Part shown: positions 27,772 to 33,480 of the stretch, in pieces | How the letters are laid out: each line of letters opens with the position of its first letter | Numbering within the stretch: the stretch's first letter is position 1 | Origin: a virus | Taxonomy: Duplodnaviria > Caudoviricetes | IMG/VR virus record: IMGVR_UViG_3300038312_000397 | Span: 1 to 33,480 of that record | Strand: one strand, 5' to 3' | DNA length: 33,480 bases | Notes under the pieces: model-generated | Told to the model about the DNA's origin: nothing | Database searches by the model: none | Seen by the model: only the letters and a program-made list of their open reading frames with translations | Translations under genes and position numbers: made by a program

Positions 27772-27786
27772 AACCTCTTTCCTTCT
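27757..27786 (+). terminator. Hairpin over the stop codon, possible terminator or stabiliser
   Basis: 11-bp stem AGGGAAAGAGG-GTAAAA-CCTCTTTCCTT with a weak U tail. Confidence 0.5.
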
Positions 27787-27787
27787 A

Positions 27788-27839
27788 TCGGGGGTAGGCT
27801 TTAGAGCCCATAAGGAGCGAGACCTTGCCACCCGACTAA
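27788..27839 (+). ncRNA. Mini tRNA-like structure 2
   Basis: Stem TCGGGGG/CC(A)CCCGA, small hairpin GGCT-TTAG-AGCC, arm TAAGG-AGCGAGA-CCTTG, followed by CTAA. Confidence 0.5.
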
Positions 27840-27851
27840 TTAAAATTAGCC

Positions 27852-28994
27852 ATGAAATATTCGACCTTAAAATACCAAAGTGTAATAGAGATAGCCAATA
27901 ACAAGAGCTTAGGCATTCAAACTATCGGAGAGAACAACGACTTTTACCAGGTAGTTAGGAATATCGTAGGCTCCTCAGTTACAGGCTTATCTTGTGTTGG
28001 TGTTTATGCTGACTTCCTAACAGGTATGGGGTTGGATAATAGCATCTATGCTAAGGAGGTTAACAGCAAAGGGATTACATTAGATGCTTTACATAGGGCT
28101 ATTGTCAAAGATTACGCCTTATATAATGGTTTCGCCGTACATATCAACTATAACGCTTTAGGACAAAAGGTAGGGTTTAACCACGTACCGTTCGAGCATA
28201 TAAGATTTGCTCTTATGGATAACGACGGCAATTTCTCGCAAGTAGCATTACACAGCGACTGGGCGAGAGAGTTTGGCAAGCTGAAGAAATTCAAAAAAGA
28301 AGACATTGATTTCATAGATTTATATAATCCTGACGTCGACATTATAGGACAACAGGCAGAAAATGCTGGGGGTTGGGATAAATACAAAGGTCAGATATTC
28401 TACTTCTCAGGAGATGGTGATAAAACTTACCCTATCCCTCTGTTTGCCCCAGCCCTTACCGACATGAGCTCTGATGAAGGGTTAAGTAATATAACTTACA
28501 GGAATATTCGCAATAGGTTCATGAGTGGTGGGGTCGTTGTTGGCGTTAAAGGCAAAAGCCCCGATAACACTAATACAGATGACTCAGAGGGGCGAGAAGA
28601 GGACGATACCTCAGCAATTCAAGAACAACTTATAGGCTTCCAGGGCGACGAAGAGGCGTGTAAAATAGCTTATATGGAGGTAGAGAGTAAGGATGACATG
28701 CCTGAGTTTTTGAAGTTTGAGTCTACGAACTACGATAAAGACTATGACAAAGCAGAAAAAGCTGTTAAAGATAAGATAGGCAGAGCCTTCAAACAACCCC
28801 CTATCCTTAGAGCTGAGGACATAGGGGCTGGCTTTGGGGCTGAGCTCATGCAGTCAAGCTATAAGTATTATAACTCTATCACTAACCCTTACAGGGTAGA
28901 TGTAGAGGGGGCAATGAGCGAGATATTCACTAATTGGGCAGCTGGCGAAGTAACTAATTTCGCTGTGCAGCCGCTAAAATGGGATGAGGCGTAA
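27852..28994 (+). CDS. Portal protein
   Basis: 380 aa. Portal-like features: GENNDF, D..LYNGFAVHI, YP.P, RN.FM.GG and I.RAFKQPPIL. Confidence 0.8.
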   Translation: MKYSTLKYQSVIEIANNKSLGIQTIGENNDFYQVVRNIVGSSVTGLSCVGVYADFLTGMGLDNSIYAKEVNSKGITLDALHRAIVKDYALYNGFAVHINYNALGQKVGFNHVPFEHIRFALMDNDGNFSQVALHSDWAREFGKLKKFKKEDIDFIDLYNPDVDIIGQQAENAGGWDKYKGQIFYFSGDGDKTYPIPLFAPALTDMSSDEGLSNITYRNIRNRFMSGGVVVGVKGKSPDNTNTDDSEGREEDDTSAIQEQLIGFQGDEEACKIAYMEVESKDDMPEFLKFESTNYDKDYDKAEKAVKDKIGRAFKQPPILRAEDIGAGFGAELMQSSYKYYNSITNPYRVDVEGAMSEIFTNWAAGEVTNFAVQPLKWDEA

Positions 28995-29479
28995 TGATAA
29001 TAGATAGCAATTACATAAGAGAGATAAGGGATATAAGTAGTAACGTCGACGATGTTAAGCGTATAGACCCTTATATCGAAGAGGCAGAGAAAGAATGGGT
29101 AATCCCTTCAATCGGGGCTAAATTATACAAAGATTTAATCGATAAAGTAGAGAGTGATGATAACTCACTCCTATTAGAAGGAGGGTACTACAACGAAGAT
29201 ACTGCTTATCTATCAGGCTTAAAGAAAGCTATATCTTATTTAGCTTATTCCCGTTATGTCCGCAATTCCAATGTGTTTTTAACATCATCAGGGGCAAGGG
29301 CTAAAGGCACGTTAGAGTTCTCCGATAGTGTGGATGACAGAGCAGTTGTAAGAGTGGCAAATGAAGCAGAGAAGAGGGGGATTAAGTTATTGGATGAGTG
29401 CGTAGCTTATCTTAATTATATAGGAAGCCAAGCCACGAGAGTCAAGAGTAAGAAAAAATTTATAATATTAGGAAATTAA
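28994..29479 (+). CDS. Putative head-tail adaptor (DUF6712-like)
   Basis: PYIEEAE...P.IG..LY and AYSRY motifs, coupled to the portal gene by a TAATG overlap. Confidence 0.6.
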   Translation: MIIDSNYIREIRDISSNVDDVKRIDPYIEEAEKEWVIPSIGAKLYKDLIDKVESDDNSLLLEGGYYNEDTAYLSGLKKAISYLAYSRYVRNSNVFLTSSGARAKGTLEFSDSVDDRAVVRVANEAEKRGIKLLDECVAYLNYIGSQATRVKSKKKFIILGN

Positions 29480-29483
29480 AGCT

Positions 29484-30149
29484 ATGAAGTTTTACGATGA
29501 TATGCCTGATGTAGAGGCTAAAGATGATTTACTAGTAATGGTTGGGGATACAACAAGTCCGAACCAGCCAAAGAAGATAACATTTGCTAAAATAAAAGCT
29601 TTTGTAAAACAGAATTGGACTATTAACTTTGGTGACTTAGGGAAAAAGCCCAAAATTAATGGAGTTGAGCTTAAGGAAGCCGATAATACTCTTGCGGAGT
29701 TGGATATACAGCCTGCTGGGGAATACATTAGTTCTACACAATTAACCACCGCTATGGATAATGCCGTATCAAAGGACACCAAAGAATTACCTATAATAGC
29801 AAACGAGTATACTAATGTCGTTTTATACGCGAGAAACGAAGGGCAAGAAGGCGTTACCGAACCTGGTCAAGGCAAGGTATCTTTACCAGAGCTTATTAAC
29901 GAGATTAAACAAGATTTAAGTTTTGTTTATCCAACATACAAAACTTTGGAAGGAATCCAAAACGGTACAAACGCACAATTCAAATATAGAGGTACTTTAA
30001 TAGAAGAGACAGCAGAGCTGTATATAGGAGGGATGCTTTATCCTGTTAATATAGGCTTTGCGTTTGAAGGAGATACTATTGTGATTACAGGAGCTCCTAT
30101 CCCAACTGCGGAGGATATAATGAGATTAAAAGCAATATATTTAACATAG
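29484..30149 (+). CDS. Virion accessory/fibre-associated protein
   Basis: KPKINGVEL motif common in fibre proteins, and a beta-rich C-terminus. Confidence 0.55.
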   Translation: MKFYDDMPDVEAKDDLLVMVGDTTSPNQPKKITFAKIKAFVKQNWTINFGDLGKKPKINGVELKEADNTLAELDIQPAGEYISSTQLTTAMDNAVSKDTKELPIIANEYTNVVLYARNEGQEGVTEPGQGKVSLPELINEIKQDLSFVYPTYKTLEGIQNGTNAQFKYRGTLIEETAELYIGGMLYPVNIGFAFEGDTIVITGAPIPTAEDIMRLKAIYLT

Positions 30150-30156
30150 GATTATC

Positions 30157-30483
30157 ATGGCAGGCATAAGGAAAGTAAAGGCAAGAGCAGGGCAGATTAA
30201 GACTGTTACTAATGAAGAAGCAGAAACTTTATTTGAAGACAAAGCTATACCTGAGATTAAAGTGGATTTGGCTAATCCTTCAACTATTAATCTCCCTCCC
30301 ATTCCAATTGTAGTAGGAGAAAGAAGTAAATTCATTTCTCATAGGTTGGGGTATTACCCTAATATAGGAATAAGACAAGAGGATGGAGTTATTACACAAG
30401 TAGGAGTAAATCATATTTCAGACCAAGAATGTGAAATCACTTGGCAAGGAGACTTGACAGGTGTAGTTATAATAGATTATTAA
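30157..30483 (+). CDS. Small structural protein
   Basis: I.H.LG.YP motif found in fibre-associated beta domains. Confidence 0.55.
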   Translation: MAGIRKVKARAGQIKTVTNEEAETLFEDKAIPEIKVDLANPSTINLPPIPIVVGERSKFISHRLGYYPNIGIRQEDGVITQVGVNHISDQECEITWQGDLTGVVIIDY

Positions 30484-30501
30484 TTAAATAAAAATAAAGT
30501 T

Positions 30502-32181
30502 ATGCCAAATTTTGAAATAGCAGAACACGTATCACTAAAAAGTGGTTCTCAAATAATAAACCTTAGAGCTGGTATTGACTCAGGAGCTGCATTAATTGCA
30601 GTGATTAAGTATGTATCAGCAAGTAATGATTATAAATTCTATAATGGCGAGGACTGGGTGTCAATGAGTGGATTTAAGTCGGAAGCTTTAGATGCTGATG
30701 CAGTAGGATTAGTAAGCACCTTAAATGGACTTAAACCTGATAAGACTGCCTATCAATTTAGAAGTATAAAAGCAGGTAGTGATAAGATTACTATTGCAAA
30801 GAATGCAAGTAATCAAATTGAGATAGATTTAGGCACTGTCCCAATTAGTGCTATCACGGGATTACAAACTGCTTTAGATGGAAAGGCTAATTCTGTACAT
30901 ACTCACGCTACATCTGATGTTACTGCCTTAACAAATTATATTATAGGCACAGTAGGCTCTTATTTAGCTCCTACTGATACTTTAAATGTAGCTTTAGGTA
31001 AATTAGAATATAGGATTAAAAATCAATTTGTATCGTCAATAGATTTTGATTCTACAACTCAAAAAATAACATTTAAAAACTTAGCAGGTGTTGAACTTGG
31101 AAATATAGATTTAGTTTTAGAGAGTGTAATACAAGGCATTGATTATAATTCTACTACTAAGACTTTGACTTTCACTTTAGTTAATGGCAACACTACTGAT
31201 ATTCCTTTGACCGACTTAATAGATATTTATACGGGAGTTGATGGGTCAGAAATAACTGTATCTATAACTGACAATGCTATTTCAGCAGTATTGAAAGATG
31301 GCACTATTGCTTTAACTAAATTAAGTGATATTACTCTTGGAACAATTACTGCAAGTTCAACAGAAGTAGTTACAACTGCAACAAGTTTATTGACTATATT
31401 AAAGACATTCGCTAAGAATATCAAATATTTATTTACAAATAAAGCTGATGAATCACGAACAATAGCAGCTCCTTCAGCATCTGCTACTCAAAATGCTGCA
31501 GGAACAGCTAATCTTTCTACTGTTTTAAAAAAATTAATAGATAACGTTGCTCATTTATTTTCTAATAAAGCTGATAATAAACAAACTGTAACAGCACCAA
31601 CAGCATCTAATACACAACAAGGAGCTGGTTCAGTTACTATTGTTAGTATATTACAAACCTTAATGAATAACGTTAAGTATTTGTTTGATAATAAAGCTGA
31701 TAATAGTCAAACAATGACTGCTCCTGATAATACCGATGGAACACAGATTACAGCTGGGTCAAAGACTATTATTAATATTTTACAAAAGTTAGCTAATAAC
31801 ATTGCTTATTTATTTACTAATAAAGCTAATAATAAACAAACAGTTGGTACAACTACTGCTAGTGAAACTCAAGTAGGTACAGGAGAGTTATCATTACTAT
31901 CTATTCTTCAAACTTACGCTAAAAATATAAAAGCGTTATTAACTTGGAAAACAAATATAGGGTTACAAAAGATTTATGTATCATCTCCAATAACTGGTGC
32001 GAGTGGAACTATTACATTAGCTACTCATGGAGTAACTAACCCAAAAGTAGTAACTGCAACTCTTGCAGGTGCTAATATGATAATATATACAAAAATTGAT
32101 CCTACGACAAAATCTATCTCATGGACATCTCAAACGAACTTCATAGCAGGAGATAACGCAATAATAACTATAATAGGATAA
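30502..32181 (+). CDS. Tail fibre-like protein with internal repeats
   Basis: ITGLQTALDGKA...HTH fibre motif, DTLNVALGKLE, and five ~42-aa repeats. Confidence 0.75.
   Translation: MPNFEIAEHVSLKSGSQIINLRAGIDSGAALIAVIKYVSASNDYKFYNGEDWVSMSGFKSEALDADAVGLVSTLNGLKPDKTAYQFRSIKAGSDKITIAKNASNQIEIDLGTVPISAITGLQTALDGKANSVHTHATSDVTALTNYIIGTVGSYLAPTDTLNVALGKLEYRIKNQFVSSIDFDSTTQKITFKNLAGVELGNIDLVLESVIQGIDYNSTTKTLTFTLVNGNTTDIPLTDLIDIYTGVDGSEITVSITDNAISAVLKDGTIALTKLSDITLGTITASSTEVVTTATSLLTILKTFAKNIKYLFTNKADESRTIAAPSASATQNAAGTANLSTVLKKLIDNVAHLFSNKADNKQTVTAPTASNTQQGAGSVTIVSILQTLMNNVKYLFDNKADNSQTMTAPDNTDGTQITAGSKTIINILQKLANNIAYLFTNKANNKQTVGTTTASETQVGTGELSLLSILQTYAKNIKALLTWKTNIGLQKIYVSSPITGASGTITLATHGVTNPKVVTATLAGANMIIYTKIDPTTKSISWTSQTNFIAGDNAIITIIG
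31330..31950 (+). repeat. Five degenerate 126-129-bp coding repeats
   Basis: The NKA anchor (AAAGCT) recurs at 31441, 31567, 31693 and 31822. Confidence 0.85.
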
Positions 32182-32184
32182 GAT

Positions 32185-33480
32185 ATGGCAGATAATATCC
32201 CAGTAGAAGGCAATTTAGACTTAAAAGGCAATCAAATTAAGAATGTAGGCTTTGAAGTAGTAAGCTCATTGCCTACTAATAATTTTGTGGGTAGGCAAGT
32301 TACCTACGAAGGTAGAAGTTATATTTGGGATGGAAGTGATTGGAAGTGTGATAGTGATACCTTAGGTGGGTATGGTTCAACTGATTATTATAGACCTTTA
32401 AAAGCAGGTGATTTTGTAACTGTGTACGATGGTGATTTATCGGAACATTATTCAACATATTTAGGTGCGATTAATTCTGATTTGTTCTCTAAGTTTTCTG
32501 AAGCTTCTAAAAATAATTGTTTTGTTGAAAAATTTGATGAAGTTACTGAAACTTGGATTAGGGACGACAGTCTAAAACAATTATTTATATCAGGTCATAA
32601 TAGTTCAATTATTAATAACAATTCGACACACAAAAAAGTACGTTTAACATTTACACCTCTAACACCATTCAATTACGGTCAAATTTCTAATGTGTACTTT
32701 AGAGGAACTAATTTAATGAACACGTTTATTCAAGTTGAACAGTTTCTTAGTGTAGAACAAACTTGGGTCGAATTATTCAATAGTAGTCTTGTCTCTACCT
32801 CCAGCAGATTTTCTATTGTTAAAATACCTGAATCTAAAGTCTTTTATCATGGGACTAATAATGCTTATATACATGCATTAAGATTAACTATATATCCTTC
32901 TACATATTCGGGTACTTGGCTCCTTTATAACTTAGGGTTTTTATCAAAGGTTCCTTCTTATTTCTCTATTTTTGACCAATACTTAGGGTATAATATAAAC
33001 GGAGACGTTTTATTTAGAAATGGTATTCAATCTAACGAATCTATAAACTACGACACAATAACTGAACCAAATGAAACAGGCACTAAGACTAAAACATCAA
33101 CTACATTATGGCAAAATTTATTTGCACATATTAATTTCTTATGGCTTAAACTTAAAGATTTATTCCCGACTACTCAAGCAACTACTCATAATTATTTACC
33201 TAAGATTGATAATGCTAATAAACAGTTAGTTAAGAGTAATATTTATGATGATGGAACTAATGTAGGTATTGGCACAACTACTCTATCTGAAAAACTTCAA
33301 GTAGATGGTAATGTTAAAGCTAATGGTTATAAAGTAGGTAGTGGCACTGATACTAAACTCTTAACTGATGGGGGAGGTACTAAACTTATTACTGACTTTG
33401 CTGCGTTAGAAAACGGCAAAATCAAAGCCAGCAACCTTCCCGATTATCTCTTAGGTCAAGTCTTATATGGAGGCTCTATT
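32185..33480 (+). CDS. Tail fibre/receptor-binding protein, partial (runs off the window, absent from the ORF track)
   Basis: ATG at 32185 (MADNIPVEGNLDLKGNQIKNVGFE...), open for 432 codons to the edge. Contains NVGIGTTTLSEKLQVDGN. Confidence 0.85.
   Translation, partial: MADNIPVEGNLDLKGNQIKNVGFEVVSSLPTNNFVGRQVTYEGRSYIWDGSDWKCDSDTLGGYGSTDYYRPLKAGDFVTVYDGDLSEHYSTYLGAINSDLFSKFSEASKNNCFVEKFDEVTETWIRDDSLKQLFISGHNSSIINNNSTHKKVRLTFTPLTPFNYGQISNVYFRGTNLMNTFIQVEQFLSVEQTWVELFNSSLVSTSSRFSIVKIPESKVFYHGTNNAYIHALRLTIYPSTYSGTWLLYNLGFLSKVPSYFSIFDQYLGYNINGDVLFRNGIQSNESINYDTITEPNETGTKTKTSTTLWQNLFAHINFLWLKLKDLFPTTQATTHNYLPKIDNANKQLVKSNIYDDGTNVGIGTTTLSEKLQVDGNVKANGYKVGSGTDTKLLTDGGGTKLITDFAALENGKIKASNLPDYLLGQVLYGGSI

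Larger units (their letters stand above)
1..33480. mobile_element. Temperate phage/prophage (siphovirus-like, probable Bacteroidota host), truncated at the right edge
   Basis: Contiguous integrase, repressor, replication, terminase, capsid, portal, tape-measure and fibre genes. No host housekeeping genes are present. Confidence 0.95.

Noticed and set aside
762-31424. Short antisense or nested ORFs in the track (e.g. 762-953, 5039-5269, 17830-18186, 23699-24022, 31227-31424)
   Set aside because: They are shadows of well-supported genes and have no motifs.
1-33480. Stop-codon reassignment, diversity-generating retroelement, introns or inteins
   Set aside because: Genes are full length in the standard code. 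No reverse transcriptase or TR/VR pair was seen. PolA, TerL and the helicases are of normal size.

Overview
The whole window is the left ~33.5 kb of a temperate siphovirus-type prophage, most likely from a Bacteroidota host. The host inference rests on TAnnTTTG promoters, A-rich leaders without Shine-Dalgarno motifs and a Bacteroidota-type integrase. Gene order: tyrosine integrase; a small envelope-protein cassette and CI-like repressor on the minus strand; a switch region; early genes; a replication module (DUF2800/Cas4-like nuclease, DUF2815 SSB, family A DNA polymerase, VirE/VapE primase-helicase followed by an iteron origin, VRR-NUC, SNF2); terminases; tail-completion, baseplate and tape-measure genes; then ClpP-like protease, capsid, tail tube, portal, adaptor and tail-fibre genes running off the right edge. 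No lysis genes or att sites are visible. The most unusual signal is a pair of ~50-nt intergenic mini-tRNA-like structures with different sequences but the same fold: acceptor stem plus T-arm, no anticodon arm, both ending in CTAA. Other notable observations are an 11-bp duplication that splits a DUF3310 gene, face-to-face switch promoters with a repeated operator, apparently leaderless late promoters and a permuted head/tail gene order. All protein family calls come from motif recognition by eye, not from database searches.
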